Shown piece after piece: positions 1 through 10,756 of a DNA stretch of 64,000 bases. A program made the translations under genes and the position numbers. The notes under the pieces are model-generated. The model saw only the letters and a list, made by a program, of their open reading frames with translations. It did no database searches and had not been told where the DNA came from. The DNA is taken from IMG/VR virus record IMGVR_UViG_3300012347_000217, positions 110,664 to 174,663 of that record; one strand, given 5' to 3'. This DNA is from a virus. Taxonomy: Duplodnaviria; Heunggongvirae; Uroviricota; Caudoviricetes. Every line of letters begins with the position of its first letter. Position 1 is the first letter of the stretch.

Positions 1-1002
1 ATGGATCTAGACACATCATATAACACCTTCGACGAATCAGGTGGTTATTTGTTCAAGAATGGTATCAGAACATATGGTAACGGCGCAGCGATTGCAACAG
101 CCAAGTTCTTGAATGGTTTGATTATCGGTCAAGGTCAATACATCAACGACGATGGTTTCCCAAGTTCTTTCCAAGTTTTGGAAAGCGAAGACTACAACGA
201 CTTCACCTACGACCTGATTGTACAGAAATCATACTCAGCATACAAAGATGTTCTGTTCAAGATGCTTCATCCAGCAGGTACAAAAGTTGTGCCTATCAAT
301 TCTGTCAAGTCACAGAAGCATATCGAGATTAACAGAGAATCTTTCGGTGCAAACTCACACACTCTAGGTTACTACACAGGTGATGCTGGTTCTAATGCAA
401 CCATCCACACATCGTTCAGTAATACAAGTAACAACATCATCAAGTTTGATGCACTTGTTGGTTCTAACCTAGCAACATATTTGTTTACTGGCTCCAAGAT
501 TTCGATGAAGTCTAAAGAAGGACCAAACGTATACTCAGATGTAATCTCGGTAGACTACACATCAAACACAGCAGTCATCAAAGATAATGTCATTTCTTCG
601 TTTGCAAACGTTGCAACATCAAATGTGGAGTCAACTGGAAGTAAAATAAATATAACAACGTTGACAGGTCAGTATGACATTATCAACAACGGTGAGTACT
701 CAAACACAGCAAGTCCGCTGCGTGATATCGTATTCACTGGTGACAGAATTCGAATCTATGCTAACGCATCGTATATCTATACTGGTACAGTTACATATGT
801 TGAGTATTCTAATAGTGCCGTATTCATCTCACCTAGCATTTCGTTCACTGGTAATAACACATTGGTGTCTATCGGCAGAGATGCAAAAGCAATTGATGTA
901 AGTATCTACAATACTGTAGGTACAATTTATTACCCAGAACTGACCACTGAAAGTGGTAACTCAATAACAACCGAAACAGGATCAATACTGATTTTAGGAT
1001 AA
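1..1002 (+). CDS. gp7: Baseplate wedge subunit, C-terminal part (T4 gp7-like); 5' end lies outside the window
   Basis: Motif YNDFTYDLIVQKSYSAYKDVLFKMLHPAG resembles the conserved gp7 (FSYVI...LLHPAG) segment. It lies upstream of gp8. The ATG at position 1 is probably internal. Confidence 0.65.
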   Translation: MDLDTSYNTFDESGGYLFKNGIRTYGNGAAIATAKFLNGLIIGQGQYINDDGFPSSFQVLESEDYNDFTYDLIVQKSYSAYKDVLFKMLHPAGTKVVPINSVKSQKHIEINRESFGANSHTLGYYTGDAGSNATIHTSFSNTSNNIIKFDALVGSNLATYLFTGSKISMKSKEGPNVYSDVISVDYTSNTAVIKDNVISSFANVATSNVESTGSKINITTLTGQYDIINNGEYSNTASPLRDIVFTGDRIRIYANASYIYTGTVTYVEYSNSAVFISPSISFTGNNTLVSIGRDAKAIDVSIYNTVGTIYYPELTTESGNSITTETGSILILG

Positions 1003-1005
1003 AAA

Positions 1006-2616
1006 ATGTCAACAGTAAAAATTTCAGAATTACCAGTAATCGCACAGATTAACGCAAACACAGCCAACACAATCTTCGTTGGCTTGGATATTCCAACAAA
1101 CATCACTGGTAAGATGACCTTGACCACTTTGGCAAGAGGTCTATATTCAAACAACAACCTAATCGTAGGCAATACAGAATTTCTATTGCCGAACGCAGTA
1201 GCACAGTATACTGGTACATCCGACCTATACGTTCAGACAAGTCTACAAAACTTGGCAGCCAATGGTTCAGGTGATATCGTAGTCACAGCCGACAATGGTA
1301 CAGACACAGCAAACTTCATCGACTTGGGTATTACTGGTTCGACATACACATATCCAGGCTACACAGTGATGAAAAGTAATGACGGTTACTTGCTAGTCGT
1401 AGGTGATACTGAATCTGATCCAGGTGGTAATCTTGTCATCGGTACTGTTACAGAAGGTAAAGATATCACCTTCTTCCAAGGTGGTGCAGAAGCAGCTAAC
1501 GCTGTTGCTCAGTTCAAGTACAATACTGGCCTAAAGTTGTTGAAGAAGCCACTCACATTTGCTGATGGAACAACACAGAACACTGCTGTGTTATATTCTG
1601 GTGTAGATTCACGCATTGCTGCCAACGTGGTCACAATCAATAGTTATATTTCTGCTAATGCGGCCTCAGCCAATTCAGTTATCAACTCACGCATCACTTC
1701 GAATATTGCTACTGCCAACATATTCACACAAGCGGCATATAACAAAGCAAACAATGCACTAGCAAACACTTCTGGTATTTTTGGTGGCAACCTAGACATT
1801 GCAGGTAACTTAACTGTGATGGGAGTTGGTACAACTGGTTTATTCACAGTTAATGCTGCACCATATGCAGCAAATACCACAGCATTTAAAATCTCCGGTT
1901 CAGCAAATGGTTTCTCACAAACACCAAGTAATCAGGGTTACATGATGCAATTGACTGGTTATCCAGACACACCATCACGTTTGGTTGTGGATTCCTTTGG
2001 TGCAAACGTTTATAGTTTATTTGCTGGTCGTTCAGCAAGAGGCACAGCAATCACACCAACGGCAACAGCAAACGGTGATGTGTTGTTGCGAATCGCAGGT
2101 AATGGTTACGGTAACACATTCAGTCAACTTGGCGTTGGTCGCATCGACGTTGTTGCAACAGAGAACTACACAGACTCGGCAAAAGGTTCAGAGATTCAAT
2201 TCTGGAACACAGTTCCTGGTACAAACACTCTGAACAAGATTGTGACCATGAATGCAACTCATACAGAGGTTTCAGGTTACATCAAACCACAAAAAGGTTT
2301 CATCTGGTATCCAAGAACATATCCAGCAGCACAGACCGCAGTATCATTGAGTTTTGTGAATGATGCTGTGATTAAGGTTGATATTGACAACAACATGACG
2401 GTATCTTTTGGTGACCATCTTTCGGGTAAAGTTATTGATATGTGGATAACAAACACATCAGGTTCGGCCCGCACAGTAACGCATGGTTGTACTGCACTTT
2501 TCTCAACAACTAACGCAACGACAGTGACTGTTCCCTCAACATCAACTATCATGTTGAAGTATATCTGTTTCGATGAAACATCTGCCAACGTACACGTTGC
2601 AGCTATCTACGGTTAA
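1006..2616 (+). CDS. Virion structural / fibre-like protein
   Basis: 536-aa ORF with a MSTVKISELP N-terminus typical of tail-associated proteins. It is Thr/Asn/Gly rich, shares modules with the 15278..20848 fibre, and sits between gp7 and gp8. Confidence 0.6.
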   Translation: MSTVKISELPVIAQINANTANTIFVGLDIPTNITGKMTLTTLARGLYSNNNLIVGNTEFLLPNAVAQYTGTSDLYVQTSLQNLAANGSGDIVVTADNGTDTANFIDLGITGSTYTYPGYTVMKSNDGYLLVVGDTESDPGGNLVIGTVTEGKDITFFQGGAEAANAVAQFKYNTGLKLLKKPLTFADGTTQNTAVLYSGVDSRIAANVVTINSYISANAASANSVINSRITSNIATANIFTQAAYNKANNALANTSGIFGGNLDIAGNLTVMGVGTTGLFTVNAAPYAANTTAFKISGSANGFSQTPSNQGYMMQLTGYPDTPSRLVVDSFGANVYSLFAGRSARGTAITPTATANGDVLLRIAGNGYGNTFSQLGVGRIDVVATENYTDSAKGSEIQFWNTVPGTNTLNKIVTMNATHTEVSGYIKPQKGFIWYPRTYPAAQTAVSLSFVNDAVIKVDIDNNMTVSFGDHLSGKVIDMWITNTSGSARTVTHGCTALFSTTNATTVTVPSTSTIMLKYICFDETSANVHVAAIYG

Positions 2617-2627
2617 TAGGAATAATT

Positions 2628-4004
2628 ATGTCAGCAAATACAGGTATTTTAACATATCAAAACGGAACTTTCCAAGTTTCATCGGTGTATTATGCACCGA
2701 CTGTGACCATTCCAGTAACAGGGGAATATCTTGCTCCCCTATATTGCTTCTTGTCACGTGTTCTTCCTTGGGAAAATGAAGTTTCACCACCTACACCTAC
2801 AGAAGACCAGAAGTACCTGAAGCAGGTGTTTAAGAATATGTTTGTAGCCAAGGCTATCACCTCAAATGATATCTCCGGTGTTATCGAACGTATCAATTGG
2901 ACATCCGGTGAAACTTATTCATACTATCGTGATGATATTAACATGCACGCCTTGGAACCAAACGGAACGATTGCACAAAGATTCTATGTCAAGAACCGAT
3001 ATGACCAAGTGTTTAAATGCCTATGGAACAATAACGATGGTGCTTCGACAGTAGAACCATACTTTGAGCCAGGAACATTCAACGCCAACCAAATCTTCCA
3101 AGGTGCAGACGACTATAAATGGAAGTATATCTACACCATCACATCAGGTAGTAAACTGAAGTTTATGGATGATGCATGGATGCCAATTCCATTGGGTACA
3201 AACACGATTAACCCAGTGCAAAGCACAGCAGGAAGAGGCTCAATCGAAGTCATCAACGTGACTAATGGTGGTCTGAACTATAATCCAGCAAATGCTACTA
3301 TCTCTGTGGTCATTACTGGTGACGGAACTGGTGCAACAGCTAACGTATCTGTTTCCGGCAACTCAATCGGAGACATTGTTGTGACAGCCGCTGGGTCTAA
3401 TTACACCTATGCCAACGTTTCTATCGTATCAGCAGAAGGTTCTGGAGCAACTGCGATTGCACCAACATCACCTATCGGTGGTCACGGTTTCGATCCAATC
3501 TCAGAACTAGGTGCAAGACATGTTATGCTCACAGCACAGTTTAATAAAGATGAGGGTGGTTTAATCCCAACAGACATTGATTTCCGTCAAGTCGGTGTCT
3601 TGGTGAGTCCATATGCATACTTCGGTAACTCAGTCGGTCTTGCCAATGCATCAATCTACAGCACCACAACAGACTTTACAGTATCACAAGGCTTCGGTGC
3701 ATATTCACCCGACGAAACAGTGTATCAATCACCGGATGGATTGATTCAAAATGCTACATTTACAGCAACAATTTTAAGCTATGACTCCACATTTAACACG
3801 GTAAAGCTCATAAATACAGGAGGCACTGCGACGAATGGATTACTTTTGATTGGTGCAAGTACTGGTACAGCTAGAACCGTATTGCAACAATCGACACCAT
3901 CATTCATACCTTTCTCTGGTTACCTGTCATACTTGGAGAATAGAAGCGCAATTACACGAAACCCAGATGGGTCAGAACAAATAAGAATAGTTTTAGGCTA
4001 CTAA
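2628..4004 (+). CDS. gp8: Baseplate wedge subunit (T4 gp8-like)
   Basis: Contains RINWTSG..Y..Y, FYVKN...VFKCL.NN, D.YKWKYIYTI, GGHGFDPISELGA and DFRQVGVL motifs, and the C-terminal LSYLENR..ITR...SEQIRIVL of gp8. Confidence 0.85.
   Translation: MSANTGILTYQNGTFQVSSVYYAPTVTIPVTGEYLAPLYCFLSRVLPWENEVSPPTPTEDQKYLKQVFKNMFVAKAITSNDISGVIERINWTSGETYSYYRDDINMHALEPNGTIAQRFYVKNRYDQVFKCLWNNNDGASTVEPYFEPGTFNANQIFQGADDYKWKYIYTITSGSKLKFMDDAWMPIPLGTNTINPVQSTAGRGSIEVINVTNGGLNYNPANATISVVITGDGTGATANVSVSGNSIGDIVVTAAGSNYTYANVSIVSAEGSGATAIAPTSPIGGHGFDPISELGARHVMLTAQFNKDEGGLIPTDIDFRQVGVLVSPYAYFGNSVGLANASIYSTTTDFTVSQGFGAYSPDETVYQSPDGLIQNATFTATILSYDSTFNTVKLINTGGTATNGLLLIGASTGTARTVLQQSTPSFIPFSGYLSYLENRSAITRNPDGSEQIRIVLGY
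3809..3816 (+). promoter_or_regulatory. Putative gp55-dependent late promoter (CATAAATA) inside gp8
   Basis: One mismatch to T4 TATAAATA, about 200 nt upstream of the 2170-aa gene. Confidence 0.4.
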
Positions 4005-4014
4005 AAGGACAATA

Positions 4015-7000
4015 ATGCTAAATTTCAATGTGGATCCATACTACGACGACTTCGATCCCAACAACAATTACCATAGAATTCTTTTCAAGCCAGGACGTGC
4101 TGTTCAAGCTAGAGAATTGACACAATCTCAAACTATTCTGCAAGACCAGATTAGTAAGTTTGCTGACCACATCTTCAAGCAAAATACACCAGTCAAGGGT
4201 GGCCAAGTTACTGTTAACTTGAACGCTAAGTACCTGAAACTGAATGCATCTTATAATGATTCTGACGTAGTTGCTTCCGACTTCTTGAACCAAGTTATCA
4301 CTGATGATACTGGTACAATCTTGGCCAAAGTTATTGCAACAGAAGAAGCAACTACTATTGATCCACCAACATTGGTTCTTACATACTTCTCTGGTTCAGA
4401 ATTCCAAGCTGGCGCTAACGTAATCTCGACCACCACCACAGCAGTTGCACAAGCAGTCCCAACTGATGCAACAGGACTTTCTTCAGTTGCTTCTATCTCT
4501 GAAGGTGTATTCTACATTGTTAATGGTTACTCATACTCATCTGTACAGAACGATGATTCCACATTCTCACGTTACTCTATCGGTAACTTTGTTTCTCTGC
4601 AACCACAAACTATTATTCTAAGTAAGTATAACAACGTACCAACAAAACGTGTTGGTCTTTCTATCTCTGAATATGTTTCAGATTACGTTGCTGATCCTTC
4701 TCTATTAGATCCTGCTGTTGGTGCAACAAACTATCAAGCACCTGGAGCTGACCGTTACACGATTAAGTTGTTGTTGGACACTAAGTCTATTGAGTTCGGT
4801 TCTGATTCCAACTTCATTGAATTGGTACGTGTAACTGATGGTAAGATTCAACGTCTAGTTGACGGTACAGTGTACGGTGTCATTGATGATTATATGGCCA
4901 AGCGTACATATGACACCAATGGTGACTTCATCGTAAATGATTTCAAGTTGACACCATCGGCGAATGTTGCCAACAATGATATATTCAACCTACAAATCGG
5001 TACAGGTACAGCATATGTACAAGGTTACCGTGTAGAGTCAACACTTGACACCAATATTGTTATCGACCGTGCAAGAACAACAGAAACGGTAAACAATAAC
5101 CCAGTAAATATTGACTACGGAAGCTACTTCTATGTCAATAATGCAAACAACGTATTGGACATTTCACAGTTCGTTGCTGTGGACTTCCACGTTGTCAATA
5201 CAAATTCATCAATCGTAACAACAAACACAACAACATACAGTGCCACAAAAGCTGGTACAGGTTACATCCGTGGTTTGTCATACGATTCGAACACGACAGA
5301 TGCTAACACAAAAACATATGTGTATAAAGCATATGTGAATGATATCACAAACAGTGTATTATCATCTAACGTTGCATCAGCTTCTGCGGCAGCTAACATC
5401 GTGTTCTTCGACACAACAGGCAAATTCTCATCTGCTGCCAACGCATACTATGGTGTGTCTGTATCTATTGATTCTGGAACATCTTCGGGCGATACACGCA
5501 AGATTGTGTCTTACAACGGTACAACAAAGACTGCTACTGTTGATTCTGCGTTTACGCAAACTCTTGACACAACTTCAAGATTCTCTTTGCGTTTCGACAC
5601 AAAGAATTTTGACATGATTGTACACCCAACATCTTCAGGCTATGCGTTTGACGCATGGGCAGGTATGGATAACAAGGGTAAAGAAGGCAATCTGTCAATT
5701 GGTGCCACAAAATTGCAAGATGGTGCAACACCAGAGTTGCTATTCAACGTAGGTTACCCATACATCGGGAATATTTCTGATACATCATACTCTACATACA
5801 AAGTATTCCGTGGTGTATCATTCTCATCTGCCACTGGTGGTGTTGCTGGTCTGTTGTCCACACCAGCAGGTATCACATTCGTTGGTACAGGTGGTGCAGC
5901 ACAATCTGCTGATGTTGTTAAACAAAATTACACTGTCATCGTTACTGCAAAAGGTACGAGTTCTTTCCAAGTCGGTGATATCATTGACTTCACAGGAACA
6001 AACACAGTTACATTAGATTCCGGTAAAGGTAACGCAACATTGTTCGTCAATGGTGGTTCATCATTCACAGCAACAGTTATTACAAAAGTGTTCGTATCAA
6101 ATGCGAACTCAACCAGCTTGACATTGAAGGCTAAGAACCTGATTGCAGCAAACACAACTGGTGTAAACTATTCAGGCACATCTGTCGGTGGTTTGGCTGT
6201 CGATTTAACAAATGCCCAAGTGTATATTCCTTATGCATCAGTTACTTCTCCAGGTGTTAAGCAAAAGCTATACATCTCTGACGTTAAACGTATCGTCAAG
6301 ATTATTGATACTGGTTCGTCAGTTGATGTACCAACAAATGCTATGTTGACCAATTCATCATATGACGTAACACGCAACTATAATTTTGACAATGGCCAAC
6401 GTGATGGTTTCTATGACCACGCAGGCATCACATTGATTAATGGTGCACCGAAAGCCAAGGGTAACTTGCTAGTATTCGTTGATTACTACCAACACACTGG
6501 TGGTGACGGATACTTCTCTGTCAACTCATACCTAAACGCTGGTTCTGGTGGTATTTCATTGTTGCCAGAAGCATATGCAACTATTCCCACTTACACAAGT
6601 AAATCTGGTACAATCTATTCGTTGAGAGACTGTATTGATTTCCGTCCAGCAGTACTAAATGCACAATCAGATTTTACATTCAGATACGCAACAACACCAT
6701 CAGTTTCAAACTCTGCTGGTATCTACTTGCCTATCGACGCTTCACAATTCACCAACGACTACACACACTATTTGGGTAGAAAAGACGTTTTGGTATTGAG
6801 CAAAGATAAGAGTTTCAAACTTATCTCTGGTACACCATCAAACAAGCCATCATATCCACAGACACCAGACGGTGCTTTGGCTATCGCAAACTTGTCAATG
6901 GATCCATACACAGCATATCTACCAAGCGAAGCATCAAACATCTCGATGCCTAACCTGTCAATCGAGAAAGTCCAACACAAGCGTTGGGCTATGTCTGACA

Positions 7001-10000
7001 TTTCCAATCTGCAAACACGTATCAATAACATTGAATACTACACATCGTTGTCACAACTGGAAAAAGATGCAGAAGCATTGCAAGTTCCCGATACATTCGG
7101 TCTGAACCGTTTCAAGAATGGTATTCTGGTTGACAACTTCACCGGTTATACAACAGCCGATGGCGCAAGTGCAGACTATGCAGCTAAGATTAATCGTCGT
7201 CAACAACGTATGGGTGCATCCGATTATGTGATGAACTTCCCACTGTTGTCGAAAGATGTTATGAACTCATATGGTCGTTTGTCAGACTCTGCACAAACCG
7301 GTCTATCATATAAAGTACACTCAATTTCTGGACAAGCGACCAACATCTTCACATTGCCATATGCAACAGCTAACTTGGTAACACAGAAGATTGCGTCCAA
7401 TACGGTCAGCTTGAACCCGTTTGCGGTTTCTCAGACCGAAGGTATCTTGGAGATGAACCCACCTATGGACAATTGGGTTTCAACAACAAAAGAACCAGAT
7501 ATTCTTTTGGTCGATCCATCTTTGAGCATCTTCAAACAAGGTAAAACTGTTAACCAATTAGCTGCGTCCGACTGGCAAACAATTGCTGGTACGTCACACA
7601 AGAGCAGCAGCCAATCTGGTAGCATAGTAACTGTGTCCACATATACTAGCCAATCACAACAAGTGTTTAGCGGTGCATATGACAAAGTTAACTCTTTCTC
7701 TGGTGAGTACATCACCGATGTAAGTGTTCAACCGTACATTCGTGCCCAACAAGTTGTTATCAAAGCCAAGGGTATGAAGATTAATACTCCTGTGTCTGCT
7801 TTCTTTGATGGTGTCAATGTAAACAATTACTTGACATTACCAAACATCGTAGAATTGACTGGTGTTACAGGAACATTCCAAGAAGGTGACGTTGTTGGTT
7901 ACTATTCTTCTGGTACATTCACACCAACGGCAACAGTTGTGTCTACGACCAAAATGAGCAGCACACGTGTTCGTTTGTACTTGACAGGTGACGCATCAAC
8001 ATCATCATACACAACAAACGGTGTATTGCAAAACGCAGTATTCAATGCAAGTGGTGTATACAGTTCATCATCAGCAAGCGGTACATTGGCATCATCAGCA
8101 GCACAGACAATCTCCGTTTCAGGTAAGATTGCTGGTTACTCTGGTGGTTCTGTTGAATCCTTGAATGAAGGTGGTTCTTTTGTTTCAGGCTTAACATCAA
8201 TCACATTGGATGCCAAAGCTTCTGCTACAAACAGCTTCTATGTTGGCTCAACAATCGTATTGACTTCACTGTATCGTGAACAGAAAGTTGTACAGACTCC
8301 TAAGTATGGATGGTACAACACAAACGAAGGCTCAACAAGCACTGGTGCATTGTGGTCATATGGTCCATACACAGACGATGTGATTACATATGTCAACTCG
8401 ACTAGAACATACACTGCTACAATCACAGCATACGATGGTTCTACTAAGGTTGCTACATTAGGTACAGCGGTGGGTATTTCTACTGGCACCAATTCAACAG
8501 CAGGTGTAATCAATAGTACATACTCGATTCAAGGTACAACATATCTTCCAGGTAAAGCTATTGCTAGCCAAGGTATGCCAAAGATGGCTACCGATGAGAC
8601 TGGTAAGTTCACTGCTATCTTTAATATCCCATCATCTGTATTCAAGACAGGTGACAGAATATTGAGAATTGATAACCGTACAGCCGACACTGATCCAAAT
8701 TCAGCAACCACATCTGCACAAGGTGTATTCACTGCATCGAACTTGTCTATCAAGTCTCAGTCTTTGAATTTTGGTGCAACAGTTTCCGCTGCTGGTAAGT
8801 CTACTATATTCGAGACACAATCCAGAAAAGATAACATATTGATTAATCAGTATTCATACAATACGGATCCAATCGCACAGACATTTATCGTTGACAATCT
8901 AACATATCCAAACGGTGTGTTCTTGTCATCTATCAAGGTGTTCTTCAAGACAAAGCCAGCAGATACAACATCGGTACCTGTACAGCTATTCATCACCGAT
9001 ACAACCAATGGTTACCCTAACGGTCAAGCATTGGACCACAGTTTGGTGATGATGGACCAAAAGAATATCAATGTGTCTTCTACTCCACATTATTTGGATG
9101 CAAGCACATACACTGAGTTTAAATTCGAAGCTCCAGTGTATATTCGTCCAAACAACTTGTACGCCTTCATCTTGAAGACAACTTCACCAGATTACACAGT
9201 CTGGGTTGGTGCTCAAAATGCTACTGCTGTTACATCTACTGTTAAGGTTCTTCCAACTGATCCAACACCAACAACAATCACAAAGATTGGTGGTTCTCCA
9301 TATATTGGTGCATTGTTCGAATCGCAAAACGGTATCACATGGTCAGCAGACCAAACAAAGAACATGATGTTCACATTGGACCGTTGCGTGTTCAACACTT
9401 CTGCTGCACCGACATTACAGTTCGTTGTACCTAAGCGTCTACCAACAAGAAAGAACTTGACAAACGCATTTGAATACACAAGCAATGCCAATACTACACC
9501 AGACTTGTCGGGTATTTTCTACTCTAACGACCTACGTTGCGATGCGTTCAATATGACAACAACTGATTTTATTCCAACAGGAACAAATATCAATTACTCA
9601 TATACACCGACATTGCAATCAAGCTACGCTGCGGATGACACAAAGAATGTTTATCCAGGTAAGTTTGGTACAACACTAAGTGAACACATTCATTTGGATG
9701 ACGGTAAAGGCCCACGTGTATTAGATTCAAACTCAACATCATCATTCTCGATGTATGCTGCTTTGACCACAGATTCTGATGCAACATCACCACTTCTGTC
9801 TGATGATGGTATGAGTCTGTATGCAGTTAAGTATAACGTGAACAACATGGGTATCTCTAATACAGATATCATTGTTGCAAATACTGGTTCAGGTTACACT
9901 TCTCCAACTGTGACAATCTCTGCACCTACAGGCTTCGGTGGTACGCAAGCATATGCAACAGCCAACGTTGTCGGTGGTGTAATCGACAAAATCATTGTGA

Positions 10001-10527
10001 CAACTGAAGGTTCTGGTTACATCGAGACACCAACAGTAACTATCACTGGAACAAACACATCAACAGCAATCGCATCAGTGAACGGTGAAACATCTAAGAA
10101 TGGTGGTAATGGTGTTGTTCGCTACATAACCAAGAAAGTTGTTCTTGGCCAAGGTAACGACTCAGCCGATTTGCGTGTATTCATGACTGCTTACAAGCCA
10201 TTGGGTTCAAGCATCAACGTATACTATAAAGTGTTGAGCAAGAATGATACATCATTGTTCGAAGACCAAAACTGGGTGTTGATGACACAGCTTGGACAGT
10301 CAACAGCATATTCACCAAACAGAGAAACTGTAATTGAATATGAAATGGCTCCAGGTACAGGTGGTGTGGCAACAAATCAAATCACTTATACAAGCTCAAA
10401 CGGCACAACTTATAACAATTTCAACCAGTATGCAATCAAGATTGTTATTGCTACTGCTGATACTACGAAAGTACCATTCTTGGATGACTTGCGTGTACTA
10501 GCACTACCATCTGGAACAGGTTTGTAA
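4015..10527 (+). CDS. Large virion/baseplate structural protein (DUF4815 / VrlC-like)
   Basis: N-terminus NFNVDPYYDDFD...YHRILFKPGRAVQARELTQSQTILQDQI, plus APGADRY, RFKNGILVDNF and DPIAQTF motifs typical of the large structural protein that follows gp8 in non-enteric T4-like phages. Confidence 0.75.
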   Translation: MLNFNVDPYYDDFDPNNNYHRILFKPGRAVQARELTQSQTILQDQISKFADHIFKQNTPVKGGQVTVNLNAKYLKLNASYNDSDVVASDFLNQVITDDTGTILAKVIATEEATTIDPPTLVLTYFSGSEFQAGANVISTTTTAVAQAVPTDATGLSSVASISEGVFYIVNGYSYSSVQNDDSTFSRYSIGNFVSLQPQTIILSKYNNVPTKRVGLSISEYVSDYVADPSLLDPAVGATNYQAPGADRYTIKLLLDTKSIEFGSDSNFIELVRVTDGKIQRLVDGTVYGVIDDYMAKRTYDTNGDFIVNDFKLTPSANVANNDIFNLQIGTGTAYVQGYRVESTLDTNIVIDRARTTETVNNNPVNIDYGSYFYVNNANNVLDISQFVAVDFHVVNTNSSIVTTNTTTYSATKAGTGYIRGLSYDSNTTDANTKTYVYKAYVNDITNSVLSSNVASASAAANIVFFDTTGKFSSAANAYYGVSVSIDSGTSSGDTRKIVSYNGTTKTATVDSAFTQTLDTTSRFSLRFDTKNFDMIVHPTSSGYAFDAWAGMDNKGKEGNLSIGATKLQDGATPELLFNVGYPYIGNISDTSYSTYKVFRGVSFSSATGGVAGLLSTPAGITFVGTGGAAQSADVVKQNYTVIVTAKGTSSFQVGDIIDFTGTNTVTLDSGKGNATLFVNGGSSFTATVITKVFVSNANSTSLTLKAKNLIAANTTGVNYSGTSVGGLAVDLTNAQVYIPYASVTSPGVKQKLYISDVKRIVKIIDTGSSVDVPTNAMLTNSSYDVTRNYNFDNGQRDGFYDHAGITLINGAPKAKGNLLVFVDYYQHTGGDGYFSVNSYLNAGSGGISLLPEAYATIPTYTSKSGTIYSLRDCIDFRPAVLNAQSDFTFRYATTPSVSNSAGIYLPIDASQFTNDYTHYLGRKDVLVLSKDKSFKLISGTPSNKPSYPQTPDGALAIANLSMDPYTAYLPSEASNISMPNLSIEKVQHKRWAMSDISNLQTRINNIEYYTSLSQLEKDAEALQVPDTFGLNRFKNGILVDNFTGYTTADGASADYAAKINRRQQRMGASDYVMNFPLLSKDVMNSYGRLSDSAQTGLSYKVHSISGQATNIFTLPYATANLVTQKIASNTVSLNPFAVSQTEGILEMNPPMDNWVSTTKEPDILLVDPSLSIFKQGKTVNQLAASDWQTIAGTSHKSSSQSGSIVTVSTYTSQSQQVFSGAYDKVNSFSGEYITDVSVQPYIRAQQVVIKAKGMKINTPVSAFFDGVNVNNYLTLPNIVELTGVTGTFQEGDVVGYYSSGTFTPTATVVSTTKMSSTRVRLYLTGDASTSSYTTNGVLQNAVFNASGVYSSSSASGTLASSAAQTISVSGKIAGYSGGSVESLNEGGSFVSGLTSITLDAKASATNSFYVGSTIVLTSLYREQKVVQTPKYGWYNTNEGSTSTGALWSYGPYTDDVITYVNSTRTYTATITAYDGSTKVATLGTAVGISTGTNSTAGVINSTYSIQGTTYLPGKAIASQGMPKMATDETGKFTAIFNIPSSVFKTGDRILRIDNRTADTDPNSATTSAQGVFTASNLSIKSQSLNFGATVSAAGKSTIFETQSRKDNILINQYSYNTDPIAQTFIVDNLTYPNGVFLSSIKVFFKTKPADTTSVPVQLFITDTTNGYPNGQALDHSLVMMDQKNINVSSTPHYLDASTYTEFKFEAPVYIRPNNLYAFILKTTSPDYTVWVGAQNATAVTSTVKVLPTDPTPTTITKIGGSPYIGALFESQNGITWSADQTKNMMFTLDRCVFNTSAAPTLQFVVPKRLPTRKNLTNAFEYTSNANTTPDLSGIFYSNDLRCDAFNMTTTDFIPTGTNINYSYTPTLQSSYAADDTKNVYPGKFGTTLSEHIHLDDGKGPRVLDSNSTSSFSMYAALTTDSDATSPLLSDDGMSLYAVKYNVNNMGISNTDIIVANTGSGYTSPTVTISAPTGFGGTQAYATANVVGGVIDKIIVTTEGSGYIETPTVTITGTNTSTAIASVNGETSKNGGNGVVRYITKKVVLGQGNDSADLRVFMTAYKPLGSSINVYYKVLSKNDTSLFEDQNWVLMTQLGQSTAYSPNRETVIEYEMAPGTGGVATNQITYTSSNGTTYNNFNQYAIKIVIATADTTKVPFLDDLRVLALPSGTGL

Positions 10528-10528
10528 T

Positions 10529-10756
10529 ATGTTTGTGCAAGTAGAAGACACTAAGTATCTCCGTGATACTCATTCCATGGGTCTAATCAATAAAGATTAC
10601 ACAGCAAGGGAAGAGTATTACGCTAAACTCAGAATGGTAAAGTCCCAAAAGGATGAAATAAATACCATAAAGTCTGACATAGATTCACTCAGAGGTGACA
10701 TGAAAGATATAAAATCCCTATTAGAACAATTATTGGAAAAAAACATTCATGGCTAA
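10529..10756 (+). CDS. Small conserved coiled-coil protein
   Basis: 75 aa (LRDTHSMGLINKD...EINTIKSDIDSLRGDMKDIKSLL). It is tightly packed between neighbours in the position typical after the DUF4815-type gene. Confidence 0.6.
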   Translation: MFVQVEDTKYLRDTHSMGLINKDYTAREEYYAKLRMVKSQKDEINTIKSDIDSLRGDMKDIKSLLEQLLEKNIHG

